A program made the position numbers and the translations under genes. Under the pieces are notes generated by a model. That model did not search any database and was not told the origin of the DNA. It saw nothing but the letters and a program-made list of their open reading frames with translations. Below are positions 36,970-50,915 of a DNA stretch of 64,000 nucleotides, one piece after another. The stretch lies in NCBI RefSeq assembly GCF_963921235.1, contig NC_086113.1, positions 47,430,001 through 47,494,000 on the forward strand, written 5' to 3'. Origin of the DNA: Mobula hypostoma (taxonomy: Eukaryota). Within the stretch, counting starts at the first letter, position 1. Every line of letters begins with the position of its first letter.

Positions 36970-39705
36970 GGGACTGTGAGTGGAGATATAGTAATGCAAG
37001 GTAAGGTCATTCCTGTGCACTTACATCAGAAGTTAGAAGGCATAGTAATGGCAGCCGGTGGAGTGCTAAGCTCCTCCTGTGTGAGCAATCAGGGAGAAGT
37101 CAAATGTCCCCGAGGTCTATGTTTTTCAGGAAGTATGTCCACTGATGCTCCTCTTAGACCTCATCCATTGGTTGGAGGGGCAGTCGGACTCCCTCAGGAA
37201 TATACACGAGGCAATGTGTTCTAGATAGATGTTTCAGTGAGGTGGTCACACTGCAGGTTCAGCCAAAGAGTAGGCAGGTATCTGCCTGAAGGGGCCGGCA
37301 GGCAGTGCAAGAGACCACTGTATTTATTCCTCTCTCAATACTACGTAGGATACTCTTGCGGGGGAAAAGCAACTGCAGCCAAATGGGTTGCTCTGCGACT
37401 GGCTTTGTTGTGCAGCAGGGAAGGACCAAGACTTGATGCATAGTAGTGGCGGGAGACTTGATCATCTGGGGTAGAGACAGCTATTTCTGTGGGCCACTGA
37501 TGAGATTCCATGTTTCGTCTCTGGTGCTAGGGTCAAAGGTGCCTTGTAGCAGGTACAGAACATTTTGAAAGGGTGGGGTGGGGACAGCCAGCAGTCATAG
37601 TCCAGGTTGGTACTAATGACGTGGGTAACGAAAGAGATAAGGTCCTGCAAAAATAATTTAGGTATAAACTAGCAAAGAAGGACCTCTAGTGTTGTTTTAA
37701 AAAAATGCTCCTAAATAGGGTTAGGCTGATCTGTGTTTTCGTCCCAGCATATATAGTGGGTGCACCCGGAAGCAAGTAGTGTAATTGTGCAGAGGAGAGG
37801 TAAGGCTGAGATGGTTTCTGGTCCCAACATGCACAGTGAGTGGATACGGAAGCAAGAAGTGTAATTGTGCAGAGGAGAGGTAGCGCTGAGCTGGTTTCTG
37901 ATCCAAAAGTGCACAGTGAGTGAGAGTTATTACAGGAGAAGTAGATATAGGGGTAGGGCCACTTTGAGAACCCCAGAGCGAATATTTATAGGATTTGAGG
38001 CTTTAGCGGAGAGGCCATGGTGACGGTGTCTGCTTTTAAGGTCAAAGTTCTGTATTTGAGGTATAAGTGTTGAGACTTTGGACTAAAGAACGCTACCTCA
38101 CTTTTAAAATATATATTATTTCTGTTTTTTGCATGATTTTTAATCTATTCAATATGTGTGTTTATATACAAACAATTAATATTATTATTTTTCTTCTTCT
38201 ATATTATGTATTGTATTGAACTGCTGCTGCTAAGTTAACAAGTTTCACAACACACTCTGGTGATAATAAACCTGATTCTGATTCTGATTCAGAGGCTTCA
38301 TCAAGGAAGCTGAGCTGTGGTAAGGTAGAACCAGGTAAGATCTTTCACCTTCCTCTCCAGTCTTACCAGCTTAGAGATGGCAGTCAGGGTGGTTGCAGGT
38401 TCCTCCTGCAAGCTGTGAGAGAGCAGGGAGACTGCCAATGTGCATTCTGGTGGCTGAATTTATTTCCAGGGGAGAGACACAATCACTAGGGCTCCAATGC
38501 ATGACAGGGAATGGGGGAGACAAGGGGGGTGGTTGTGGCTGCAGTGAGAGAGACGACAGGGGTACAGACGGGAGCTCCTGTGGCCGCAGACCCGGCTGCA
38601 GGATGGTGTGCTGCTTCCTGGGTTCCACGATCAGTGGTGTCTTTGAGCAGTTGCAGTATGTTTCCAAGGGGGAGGATGAGCAGGAGATTACTTCCAGTAC
38701 TGCGTGCTAGCGAGGGCGAGAATAGGGAAGTAGGGCAGAGGTATGTGTGACTGATGAGCTGGTGTAGGAGGGAAGGGTTGAAGTCCTTGGACCTTCTGAG
38801 GCACAAGTGATCTGGACGAGCAGGACGGGTTGCCCCTGATCTAGGTGGGGAGCGGGCACGGGAGGGAAACCGAACTCCTGGCAGGGAGATCTGCTAATGT
38901 CTTTTAGAAGACACCCCGATCAGTAGTGTGGCAGATGAGCATGGTGAAGCAAATAGGTGTTAAAGTGAGCAACTTCAGAAGGCAGGGTGAGCAGGAGCAA
39001 GTAAGCCGATAGATCAAACTGCATATATTTTAAGGTAAGAAGCCTGACAAGTAAGGCAGATGAACTCAGAATATGGATTGATATGTAGAATGGGACATTG
39101 CAGTCAGAATGGAAACATGGCTGAAAGAGGATCAGGACTGGCAGCTCAATGTCCCTGGATATGGATGCTATAGGCAAGGGAGGAGGGGAGCTGCAATCTT
39201 GATGGGGGAGAATATTATGAGCTTGAAGAGTGGCCATTTGGATTTCAGAGGGGTAAAGTAACAGTGTCTTCACCCAGGCCAAGGAAGCAGCTTTAAAAAT
39301 CAGTGCTTCGTAGCCGGTTTTTCGGAGCTTGAACAGCAGCCAGAGTTTTGAGGCAAATGTAATGGTGTCTTCACTCAGGTCAATGAGAGAGCTTTAAAAA
39401 ATCGGTGCTCCATAGCTGGTTTTCCGGAGCTTGAACAGTGGCCAAACAGAGTCCAGGATTCATTAGCAAGGTCAAATAAAAATAAGGCGGGGCGAGAGGA
39501 GCAGCATTGTTGGAGCAGGGCAGTGTCAGGGTGGGGAGACTTCGGCTTCAGGCAAAAACAGGTGTGGGCAACCTAAGTATCTGGCAAGCTTTTTCTTGCT
39601 TATTCTTCATCTGTTGGTGTATAGTTGGGGTAGTAAGAATGGCTCCAGGGTCTGTGTTTCGTTTTTTGTGTAAGATGTGGGAATTCTGGGAGACCACCAA
39701 ACTCT
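36970..39705 (+). mobile_element. Decayed CR1 5' regions (ORF1/esterase and endonuclease relics) with tandem 5' repeats and a Rex-type tail (~38080-38290)
   Basis: RMVCCFLGSTISGVFEQLQ and GARVKG esterase-like relics; 2 x ~80-bp repeat 37756-37922; 2 x ~100-bp repeat 39263-39445; ORF1 start MAPGSVFRFLCKMWEFWETT. Confidence 0.65.
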
Positions 39706-41065
39706 TGCTAGGAGCCATGTACCTATTTCCTGCCTGTATTGTATTTTGTGGTGCGTTTATTATGGTAATCTGTTGCATGGGTGGGCTGTGGTAGATGCAA
39801 ATGAGTATAGTTAAGTTTTCATGATTTGTCCTAACTAGTTGCTGGTCAGAGGTAGCTGGGGATTTTTTTGTTGACCAGGATCTCTTAGTTATATCTCTAG
39901 TTAGATCGTGAAGTCCACTAATTAGATGATTAAGATTGCTATATTGCTAATTAAACTGCTTATTTACAGTAATTTGAATGCTAAGATCACTATATCGCTA
40001 ATATAGTTTTGTTAGGTTTTTAATCGCTATAAGATCATTCATCTTTCTGGTTTTGTAATAAAGGAAGTTTCAATTTGAAGCTTCATTATTTGGAAGCACG
40101 TCATACAGTGTTGACTCCCTGGCTTCAGCCTCTCAGCAGTTTTGGTTTGTTTTAAGGTAACTGCTACATTTTTGTCAACAAAAAATAGATATACCAAATG
40201 AACACCCATCTATGGCAAAGGTTTGCTTTGGACCTGTTGGCAAAATTGTAATCGCAGCACGAGAACAACATGTTGGAACCTCGAGCTGCTTGCAGTAGGA
40301 TTATCAGTGAGCTTTCTTGATTTGTGCGGTGTATCTGTGGTTTGAATACAATTTTGAATGGTCAGTGCTGCCTGTCCATTGGGAACCATTGCTTGATCAT
40401 CTGGAGTTTACTTAAGGGTTCGTTGTTTTGTTTTATTGAAGTGCTGAAATAATTCCCCAACTGACATCTGACATTTGAATTGAATGCCATTTGTTTGGTC
40501 TGGTTTAAGCACTGTGGATGCATAACAAACTTGTTTGTTGCCTACAATTATTGAATTGAATATCACCAGTGCTGAGAGTGAACAAAGAGTTAATTAAGAG
40601 TTGGGCAGCTAGACAAAGTAACATGAGTGCATCAAAGCATGGATTTGGCACCAACGAATCTGGAGTCAGGGCTACAAAAGAGAAATTAAAGCCATAGCTA
40701 AGGCTAATCTAATTTAAGGTTTTGGGAAGGAGTATGAAACAAATGTGAACAAAATTAAAAGATTAATGCCATCAATTAATAATCTTATGAAAATTAGAGA
40801 AATTGTCTTACAAATTCAATCTTGTCTTGAGAAGTTGACTAATCATTGGGAAGCTGTTGTTAAGCGACATCACATGTTAATCTTATTACTTCTCAGGGTT
40901 GAGCAGGAAAGACAGAATGTCTGTTTTTACAAGCATTGATGGCTATAGGAGTGCACTCATAGGGTATGTGAAACAATGGTTGAACTATTGAAGGTCATGT
41001 TGCTGCAACAGTGAACATGTGTCTCACCTTCCACAATGTGGTGAAAACTATTGTGAAATATGTAA

Positions 41066-44000
41066 CATCATCATAGTTTGGCTTCGCGAACGAAGATTTA
41101 GGAAGGGGGCTGCCCACATCTGCTGCAGGCTTGCTGGTGGCTGATGAGGCCAATACAGGACAGGCAGGTCCAGCCACAGCGGCTGCAAGGGAAATTCTGT
41201 TTTGGGTTTGGTGCTGCTGTGTCACGGTTCTTCCTCCTTCTCCTTTTGTCCCCAATGCCAGCCCTACGCGTGTTCTCGAAGGAGGAGACAGACTGGTGAA
41301 TGACCAGGCTTCATGATCAGAGACTAGACTAGACCACTGGTGATGGTCAATGTGACAGGTACCAAGGGATTTCTTCAGAGAGTCCTTGTACCTCTTCTTC
41401 GGTGCCCCTCTGTCACGATGGCCAGTGGAGAGTTCACCATACAGCACAATCTTGGGCAGGCGATGATCCTCCATCCTGGGGATGTGCCCTGCCCGGCACA
41501 GCTGCGTCTTCAACAGCATGGCCTCAATGCTGGTGACCTCCGCCTGTTCGAGGACTTTGATGTTGATGACGAAGTCACTCCAGTGGATGCTGAGGATGGT
41601 GAGGAGGCAGCGCTGGTGGAAACGCTCAAGGTGTCGTAGGTGGTGACGGTAGGTGACCCATGACTCCGAGCCATACAGGAGGGTGGTCAGTACAATGTCT
41701 CTGTACGTACTGATCTTTATGCCTTTCTTCAAATGCTTGTTGTTCCAGACTGTTTTGTACAGCCTGCCGAATGTGCTGTTTGCCTTTGGCAGTCTGTTGT
41801 CAATCTCATTGTCGATCTTGGCATCTGACGAGATGGTGCACCCCAGGTAGCTGAACTGGTGAACTGTCTTCAGCTCTACCTCACCAATGGTGATGCGGGG
41901 AGGGTGGTAATCTTCCTGAGGTGCGGGCCGATGGAGAACTTCTGTCTTCTTCAAGCTGACTTCCAGTCTGAAGAGCTCGGCAGCATCTGTGAAGCAGGAT
42001 GTTATACGCTGCAGGGCTGTCTCTGTGTGGGCAATAAGGGCAACATCATTGGCGAAGAGTAGCTCTCGGAGGAGTTGCTCCAATGTCTTGGTGTGGGACT
42101 GTCATCGCCTCAGGTTGAACAGGCTGCCATCGGTGCGGTATCGGATGTAAACACCGTCCTCGTCATCAAGGTCTTCTGTGGCCCTTTCGAGCATCATGTT
42201 GAAGAAGATGGTGAAGAGAGTCGGTGCAAGGATGCAGCCTTGCTTTACTCCGTTGCCTATTGGGAAGGGTTCTGAGAGGTTGTTGTTGTGTCTGACCTGG
42301 CCACTCCGATCTTCATGTAGCTGGATGACCATGCTGAGGAACTTTGGGGGGCATCCCAGTCGTTCCATGATTTGCCACAGACCTTCCCTGCTCATGGTGT
42401 CGAACGCTTTGGTAAGGTCAACAAATGTCACGTACAATCCCTTGTTCTGTTCCCTACATCTCTCTTGGAGCTGCCTGAGAACAAATACCATGTCGGTGGT
42501 GCTCCTGTTGGCTCTGAAGCCACACTGGCTCTCTAGGAGGTGTTCTTCTGCAATGATGAGCACCAATCTGTTCAGGAGTACTCTTGCGAGGATTTTTCCT
42601 GCGATAGAGAGAAGAGTTATCCCCCGGTAGTTGGAGCAGTCGGACTTTTCCCCCTTGTTCTTATACAGGGTGACGATGACTGCATCACGGAGGCCCTGTG
42701 GTAGTTTACCTCGTTCCCAGCAGCAGACAAAGAACTCGTGGAGTTTGGTGTGTAACGCTAGGCACCCATGCTTCCAAATCTCAGGTGGGATTCCATCAAC
42801 TCCTGATGCCTTGCCACTTCTCAGCTGCTCTATGGCCTTGACTGTCTCTTCTAGAGTTGGAATCTTATCCAGTTCTGTTTTCTCTGGCTGTTGTGGGATG
42901 TGATGAATTGTTGAGTCTTGGACCATGCGGTTGGCGCTGAAGAGAGTTTGGAAATGTTCCGATCACTGGTTCAGGATGGATGCCTTGTCTGTGAAGAGCG
43001 CCTGACCGTCTGCACTGCGCAAGGGACTCTGGACCTGGTGCGAAGGGCCGTACACTGCTCTCAGGGCTTCATAAAACCCTCTATAGTCACCGGTGTCTGC
43101 GCAAAGATGAGTTCTCTTTGCAAGGTTGGTCCACCACACATTCTGAATCTCTTGAAACTTGAGCTGGAGGTTGCTGCATACAAGGCAGAAGGCTGCTTTC
43201 TTATCAGGACAAGGCGTCTGAACAAGGTGCGCCTGGTGGGCGGATCTCTTCTTCACCAGCAATTCTTGGATCTCCTGGTTGTTTTCATCAAACCAGTCCT
43301 TGTTCTTCTTTGTGGAAAACCCAAGGACTTCTTCAGAGGTTTGCAGGATGGTGGTTTTTAGGTGTTCCCAGAGCACTGTGGGGAAACTGGGATCCTGAAT
43401 CCTCATCTGAAAGTCAGCTTTCACCTCAGCTGACTGGAGGTTGCCAACCTGAAACTTCTTCCTTGGAGCGCCTCCTCTCTTTGGCTTGGGTTTGAAATGG
43501 AGACTGAGTTTGCAGCGGACAAGATGACGGTCCATATGACACTCTGCGCCGGGCATCACTCCGGTGAGTAAGACGTCCCAAAGGTCTCTCTGGCGCACCA
43601 AGATGTAGTCTATGAGGTGCCAATGCTTGGACCAAGGACGCATCCAGGTTGTCTTCAGACTGTCTTTCTGCTGGAAAATGGTGCTAGTGATGGTGAGTTG
43701 CTGCTCCGTGCAAAACTCTGTGACGAGAATACACATAAAATTAAGATGTTTGCTGGCCTGGGTTAGCATCAGTGACATCAGCAAGTGGTCTGCCACCTGC
43801 CCTCAGGGGAAGGAGAGATAAGGAACAATAGAGCAGCGTCTGGAGATGTGTAATGAAGGAATGTGGGAGAGAGAGCTGTCTGGAGCGGCTCCCCTCTTTG
43901 AACCTTGAACTGTTTGAAGTGATGGACAGGCGATGCCCCAGCAGGGGGATAAAAAGGGACAGGTTCGCTAAGATGGACACACACACCACCCGAGGTAACG

Positions 44001-45268
44001 AGACCCTGGAAGCGGTGCGCCTCTCACGAGTGGGTGAGAAGTACCAGACAACGACCAGGGTGGAAAGGTACGATCAGCGGGAACCCGGTGTGTGTCCGCC
44101 CTTGCCTGGGTGCCGGGTTCACTGCAGAGGATCGACCACATCTGGAGGAGGGGTCACAGTCGGTGACCTCAGGTGACATCACCAAGGACCCGCCCAAAAG
44201 CTGCTTGTGAGCAATCTCGCCGGTCTGTGAGTGAAGCAGTGTTCTGAATGATCAGTTGTTCCTGTTCTATCTCTCTCTTCCCCCACATTGTCCATCGCCA
44301 TGGCAACGATTACTGCGAACTGAACTGGACTGAACTTTGAGTCATTTTGAAATTTGGTCATTTACCCCTAGACAACGATAGAGCTTGATTGATGCTGTTA
44401 TCTTAATTCTGTGCACATGAGTGGTTATCATTGCTGAACTGTTGCATTTATTATCCTTTCGATTACTGTGTTGCTTATTTCTTTAATAAAACTTTCTTAG
44501 TTCTAGTACTCCAGACTCCAACTGAGTGATCCATTTCTGCTGGTTTGGCCACCCAGCTACGGGGTACGTAACAACTCTAACAGAAGGCGTCCGTTGTCAT
44601 TGCGGTTTCCAGCATCATGTTTGCCAAGTACTCCTTTCCAGGCTTCTGAATCTTGGCCTACTCTGGCACTGAAGTCACCAAGGATGAAGACCTTGTCGTC
44701 TGCAGGGGCGTTCCGTAGAGGTTGCGCAGATCAGTGTAAAAGTTGTCCTTTTCTGCAGGATCTGCTTGAAGAATGGGGGTGTACACACTGAAGAGTGTGG
44801 CATGCTGCTTGGTTCGAAGTGGGAGGTGCATGGAGACGATATGGTCGGAGTGACCCGTTGGCAGTTTTTCAAGTTTGGAGCCAATGGAGTTCCTGACCAT
44901 AAAGCCAACACTAGAAAGGTGTCTCTCTTTCTGTGGCTTGCCCAACCAGTAGAGGGTGTAGCCGGCACCATGTTTTTGAAGGTTGCCTTCCTCTGGGAAG
45001 TGGACTTCACCGAGAGCAGCGATGTCAACATTCAGTCTTGTAAGTTCATGCGCAACTAGAGCAGATCGTCATTCTGGGCGACCACTGTCTGCTGTATCGA
45101 GCATGGTTCTGATGTTCCAGCATGCGAGCTTTAGTCCTTACACTCCTTGTGAGGCAGGTATGCACCTTTTCTTTTTTTGTTGTTGTTCGACCGCATTTGA
45201 GGATGCCCGCTGACCACGGCTAGCCAACTGCGGGAAATGGAAACAAACTTTGGTTAGGCCACCTTTTC
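41066..45268 (-). mobile_element. Near full-length RTE LINE (AviRTE-like), disrupted
   Basis: APE (ACWNIRTMLDTADSGRPE..VGFMVRNSI..), RT (NYRGITLLSIAGKIL..FVDLTKAFD..GVKQGCILAP..LLFAND), 3' AAATCTTCGTTCGCGAAGCC plus (GAT)n tail. Confidence 0.93.
43719..44573 (+). mobile_element. Solo LTR (855 bp) inside the RTE LINE
   Basis: TGTGACG...CGTAACA; 4-bp TSD ACTC (43715-43718, 44574-44577); GATAAAAA box ~43948; AATAAA 44485-44490; excision restores RTE frame RLLLEFCTE. Confidence 0.92.
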
Positions 45269-46544
45269 ATTCCACGGCAGAAAGATCTCCAGGGATATTC
45301 TCACCTGAAACATGTCACTTTGCCAGATGTTAATTTGGAAATTGAGCTGCTGATGGGGTAAATGTGCCTAAAGTATTGGAGCCATTGCTTGTGATTCATA
45401 GTGTTAATGATAGACCCAATGTAATTAGAACAATATTGGGTGCACTGTGAATGGGCCACTGAAAGGAGACCATGGTGGTGGAAGAGACTGTGCTCAGCCT
45501 GAGCTGAAAGATAACAGGATCTTGTTTTTGAATTTGGACAAGGTTTGGCAGCAACAGCTCCAGGCAGACATCCCTAAATGTAGTCAGGTACAATGACCTG
45601 ATTCATCAAGAGGGGATCACAAGTTCATGGAGCTGGTTATGAATTCTGCAAAACTGGTGGATGTCCAATGCCAGGTTAGCTTACCTTTGAGAAAGAAAGA
45701 GGTTAATGTGCCCAACAACAGGAAGATTGAAGAACAGCATGCTCTAAATCTAAGGAAGAGGTCTAAGTTGGATTTGTCATTTCACAGCTTTCTTGAAGGA
45801 TGTCATCTCAAAGAATATGCTGAAAGAGTGCCAGCAGATGATCTGGAATGCAGTGACAGGAAAGTCTGGTATGTTCCACATCATGGTGCTTATCACCCCA
45901 GAAAAGGGAAACTTAGTGTTGTGTTTGACTGTGGAGTGACTTTTCAGTGAATATCACTTAATGCTCGACTTTTACAGGGACCATATCTTACTAGCTCACT
46001 GATTGGAGTCATAACCAGATTCAGAAAAGAACCAGTGGTGATCATGGCAGATATTGAATCAATATTTCATCAGGTTCAAGTACCAGTAGAAGATGCAGAC
46101 CTGCTGAGGTTTCTCTGGTGACATGGTCGTGAGCTCAGCCAAGATATAGTGGACTTTAGAATGATGTTACATCTCTTTGGAGTAACTTCATTGCCAAGCT
46201 GTGTCAACTTTGCTCCTAGAAAATGTATAGAAGACAATGAAGAAGCTGTGAGATAGTGGATAAGGTTTTGCATTGCTTCTATATTGATAACTGCCTTGTG
46301 TCAGTGCCCTCTGAGGAAGAAGTGGTGTCTTTCTATCATGACCTTGTATCCATTTGTGCTAAAGGCAGATTCAACTCAAAAAGTAGATAAGCACAGACAT
46401 AATGTTCTAGTTGTGATACCATAAGACCAAAGAGTGAAGGTCATGAAGCATTTGTATTTGGATCAAGATTATCTTCAGTGGAGAGAGTACTGCGTGTGCA
46501 ATTGTGCATTCAGTATGATACTTTCAAGTTTAAGATCACTATTC

Positions 46545-47215
46545 GGGAGGAGAAGATGGCGGCGCGACGCAGCTCTCAGCGGCCACTCCGGTGGTGATGT
46601 CTGTTATTTGTCAGGTAGGGTGCCGTGCACAATCCTGATCTGATGGAGACAGACGTGAGAGCACGGAGGAACATCTGGTGAAACTTTTGAAATGCCTGCT
46701 TCGCTGCTGCTGCTACTGTGTGGTCCAAAATCTCCGGAGGAGAAGACCCCAAGTCCTCAGCTTTGCTTGTTGCTCGGCGGCCGGGGCGGGGTCGAAGCGC
46801 TCGGCAGAGGATGGTGCTCGGAGAGGCTGTGTTGGAGGGGCTGGTCAGAGGCTCGAAGTTTTTGGACGGACTCAGAGTCCGCTGCGGTCGGGTGCTTCCA
46901 ATGGTGTTGCATCGGCAAGTTGGCGGCGCTTGGAGGTTCATGGCAGGAAGGGTTCCTCCCTTCTGCCGCCTGCATGAGATGATGAGTCTATCAGGACTTT
47001 GAGACTTTTTTTTACCATGCCCATGGTCTGCTCTTTATCAAATTATGGTATTGCTTTGCACTGTTGTAACTATATGTTATAATTATGTGATTTTGTCAGT
47101 TTTAGTGCTGGTTTTCTTGTGATATCATTCTGGAGGAACGTTGTATCATTTTTTAATGCATACATTTCTAAATGACAATAAACGAGGACTGAGTGTCCTC
47201 ATAATCTAATCTAAT
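46545..47215 (+). mobile_element. Non-autonomous LINE-derived retroposon inserted in BEL pol
   Basis: 6-bp TSD CTATTC (46539-46544, 47216-47221); YY1 start AAGATGGCGGC; AATAAA, GAGGAC..GTCCTC hairpin, (TAATC)n tail; excision restores KITIQDRSCTRR. Confidence 0.88.
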
Positions 47216-49797
47216 CTATTCAAGATAGATCATGTACCAGAAGGAGGATTCTTTCCACGGTTAGTTCCTTCTATAATCCTTTTAGGAATCTTGATTCTGG
47301 TGGTGCTGTCTGTGAAGAAGATCCAACAAGATATGTGTAAGAAAGTGCCACACTGGGATGACACTGTACCTACATCAGTTGCTCACGAGTGGACAAGCTG
47401 GCTGGAAGAACTCTGCCGGTTGGAAGACTTGAAAGGTTGTTAGATGTTTGATTGTCTGGATTTTGGAGAAGTTACTGCTACACAGTTACACCACTTTACA
47501 TGCAACCAAAGATAACTATGGAGCAGTGACCATATTGTTATACAACACATGCTCTCAGGTGCACAGTACTTTTATCATGGGCAAATCTAGATTAGCTCCA
47601 TTGAAATCAGACTCCAACCCTCGTACGGAGCTCATCGCTGCGACAATGGCAAGCTGTGTGGACACGTCGTGGAGGAAGGAGTTGCACATGCAGCTTCAGG
47701 ACTCCGTGTTTTGGACTGATCGTACTTCTGTGCTGAAATATATCAAGAATGAAACTTCCTGGTCCTGAACCTGCATTGCAATCAGAGTTTCAGAAATTCT
47801 ACAAGTCTCACAGGCATCTCAATGGAGGTACGTAAATACGTCAAACAACCCAGCAGATGTGGCACTAGAGGGCTGAAGGTGAATGCATTCCTGAAGAATG
47901 AGACATGGGTGTCAGGGCCTCAGTATCTTCTTCAACCTGAAAGGGAATAGCCTGTGAATCCCAGTTGTTCTGGAGAACTCCTGCTGGATGATCTGGAAGT
48001 CAAGAGCAGTGCCACAATCAGTGCTATGCAGATTGAAGAGGAGGCAAACGTGGTAACATGTATCATCCATAACTTCCCATCTTGGACTCGTTTGAGGAAG
48101 ACAGTAGTCCGAATTCCTACATATAAGAACTTGCTCTTGTTCCTTAGTTAGAAGAGGAAGCAATTGAACATCGCTCTTGCTCAGTCTGACTTGGCTGAAG
48201 AACAACAAGGGTATTCTTGGGAGAGAGAGATTGAAAAGGCCGAAGGTCAGACCGGCCGAGGTTATCTCTTGGTGAAGATCTCAGAAAGGCTGAAATGGAT
48301 GTCTCTGAGTTTTGTCAAAGAAAGGATTTCCAAATTAATTTTCAAGTTTGCAAAGGGGGGGAAAGGGTGAAAAGAGCAGCCATATTTTCAAGCCCAATCC
48401 AGTACTTGAAAATGGTGTCTTGAGAGTTGGTGATCGGCTTATTAGGGCAACCATGCCTGAAGAGTCTAAACAATCCAGCAAAGGATCTCCACTTCTCAGA
48501 CATCATTCTGAGGCACGTACATCAAGATATAGGACATGGTGGCCATAAACACATATTATCCAGGTCATGCCAAAAATACCGGATTCCCACTGCTAACACA
48601 GCTACAAGAAGAATCGTGTCTCAGGGTGTTGTTTGTTGACGTTTGCAAACATCTTCAGGATGCCAGCACCCGGCAGATCTACCTCTGAACAGGGTCTCTT
48701 CAGATGAACTCCATTTACACGTGTAGGTGTGGACTACTTTGGACCTTTCTGAGGTGAAGAGCAGAGGGAGTACAGTGAAGAGATGATGAGGTCATATTTA
48801 CCTGTCCAGCGATATGAGCTGTTCACGTTAAGTAGCGTCTTCTTTAGACTCAGATTCCTTTGTTAGTGCAATTTGATGCTTTATAGCAAGACGAGGACAG
48901 GTTCGTGAACTGCGCTCTGATAATGCAATAGACTTTGTTGAAGCAAGGTGTGAGCTGTGAAAAGCCATCGAGAAGTGGAATCACTCACGGATCAATGAGG
49001 CCCTTCTTCAGAAAGAAATTAGGTGGATTTTTAAACCCCCAGCTGGTTCAAATCATGGAGCAATATTGGAGAGGTTGATCAGGTCTCTGCGAAAGGTCCT
49101 CAATTCCACCATGAAGGTACAGAACCTTGATTAAGAGGGTTTCCACACAGTACTTGTGAAGTAGAGGCTATTATCAATGGTCGTCCAATTACTAAGGCAT
49201 CCACCAATCCCAATGATTTGTAAACACTAACACCCACCATCCTTAGAACCAGGAGAGTTCCAAAAGGAAGACATTTATGCTAGTTGTAGATGGAAGCATG
49301 TCCAAAACATGTCAAGGAGTATTTAGCACAGTTACAGGAACATCAGAAGTAGTCAGGTATAAAGCACAATTTTCTCCCAGGAGTCATTATGCTTATAGTT
49401 GATAACACAGTGCCTCGAAACTTATGGATCATGGGAAGAGTCATTCATCTTTCCAGACAGAAGAGGATTTGTGTGTCAGGTGCACATCAAGACCAAGACC
49501 AGCTGTCTGGAGAGGCTTGTAACCAAGATCTGTCTTCCACAGGAGGCAGAGGTTTGAGGAACTACAGATTTAGATGACTTAAAACTTTAACTCAACTTAC
49601 TAATTGGTCAGAGAGTGGTAGTAAAGATCACACTGTATTGAGCTAAGTGCTGGTAACCTCTGGCCTAGATGACTGTTGCATGACTTGACTGGAAAAAGAA
49701 AACAGAATTTCAAGATGTTTATCCTTGAAGATTTCATGTCTCCTATTTTTAGTAGTATGTGGTTGTGATTATTATAATAATTAAGAGGCAGGGATAG

Positions 49798-50276
49798 TAA
49801 CATAGAAACATAGAAAAACTACAGCGCAATTCAAGCCCTTTGGTCCACAAAGCTGTTCTGAATAGTACTTACTTCAGAAATTACCTAGGGTTACCGATAT
49901 CCCTCTATTTTTCTGAGCTCCATGTGCCTATCCAGGAGTCTCTTAAAAGACCCTATCGTATCCGCCTCCACCGCTGTCGCCGGCAGCCCATTCCATGCAC
50001 TCACCAATCTCTGTGTAAAAAAACTTACCCCTGACATCTCCTCTGTACCTTCTTCCAAGCACCTTAAAACTGTGCCCTCTCGTGTTAGCCATTTCAGCCC
50101 TGGGAAAAGCCTCTAACTATCCACATGATCAATGCCTCTCATCATCTTATACACCTCTGTCAGGTCACCTCTCATCTTCCGTCACTCCATGGAGAAAAGA
50201 CCGAGTTCACTCAACCTATTCTCATAAGGCATGCTCCCCAATCCAGGCAACAACCTTGTAAATCTCCTCTGCACCC
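49798..50276 (-). mobile_element. CR1 LINE 3' end inserted at the BEL PPT/3' LTR junction
   Basis: (TTCTATGT)n tail; highly similar to 55612-56015 in opposite orientation. Confidence 0.88.
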
Positions 50277-50915
50277 TATAGGAGCTATGTGTCCATTTTC
50301 TCTCTGTAGGAGCCATATACCTATTTTCTGTCTGTACTGTATTTTGTGGCACATTTATGAAGGTAATCTGTCATGTGGTTTATGGTGTGCCAGAAGTAAA
50401 TGAGTATAGTTGTGTATTCATGCTTTGTAGAAGTAAGTTAGTTAGAGGGAGCCGAGGAATTATATTTTTTTGTCGATTGCTAATTACACATCACTAATTA
50501 CCCTTAGTATTGCTTAGTTGGTCATAGTCATAGTCATACTTTATTGATCCTGGGGGAAATTGGTTTTCGTTACAGTTGCACCATAAATAATAAATAGTAA
50601 TAGAACCATAAATAGTTAAATAGTTATATGTAAATTATGCCAGGAAATTATGAAATAAGTCCAGGACCAGCCTATTGGCTCAGGGAGTTATATAACTATT
50701 ATACTGCTTAGTTTTGCTTAATTTGCCTTATTACTAATTTAGTTTTGTTAATGTTTTATCACTATAAGATTATTCACTTTTGATGGTTTCACAATAAAGG
50801 ATAGGACACACTTTTTTCTATATGGAACTTGGTTATTTGGAAGCACGTCATACAGCGTTGATTCTCTGGCTTCAGCCTGTCAGCGCTTTTGGTTTATTTT
50901 AAAGTAACTGCTACA

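Larger units (their letters stand above)
39706..50915 (+). mobile_element. BEL/Pao LTR retrotransposon, degenerate, carrying nested insertions
   Basis: LTRs ~39706-40168 and ~50277/50305-50915, both ending GTAACTGCTACA; pol relics KVWYVPHHGAYHPRKGKLSVVFDC, GKSRLAP..FWTDRTSVL, VGVDYFGPF, LRSDNA, PPAGSNHGAILERLI; purine tract ~49783-49797. Confidence 0.9.

Noticed and set aside
37756-37922. Two ~80-bp tandem units as a novel regulatory array
   Set aside because: Lies among CR1 5' relics; tandem 5' UTR units are ordinary for LINEs.
40995-42083. 362-aa ORF as a host gene
   Set aside because: C-terminal part of the RTE ORF; catalytic ADD mutated to AND and upstream frame broken.
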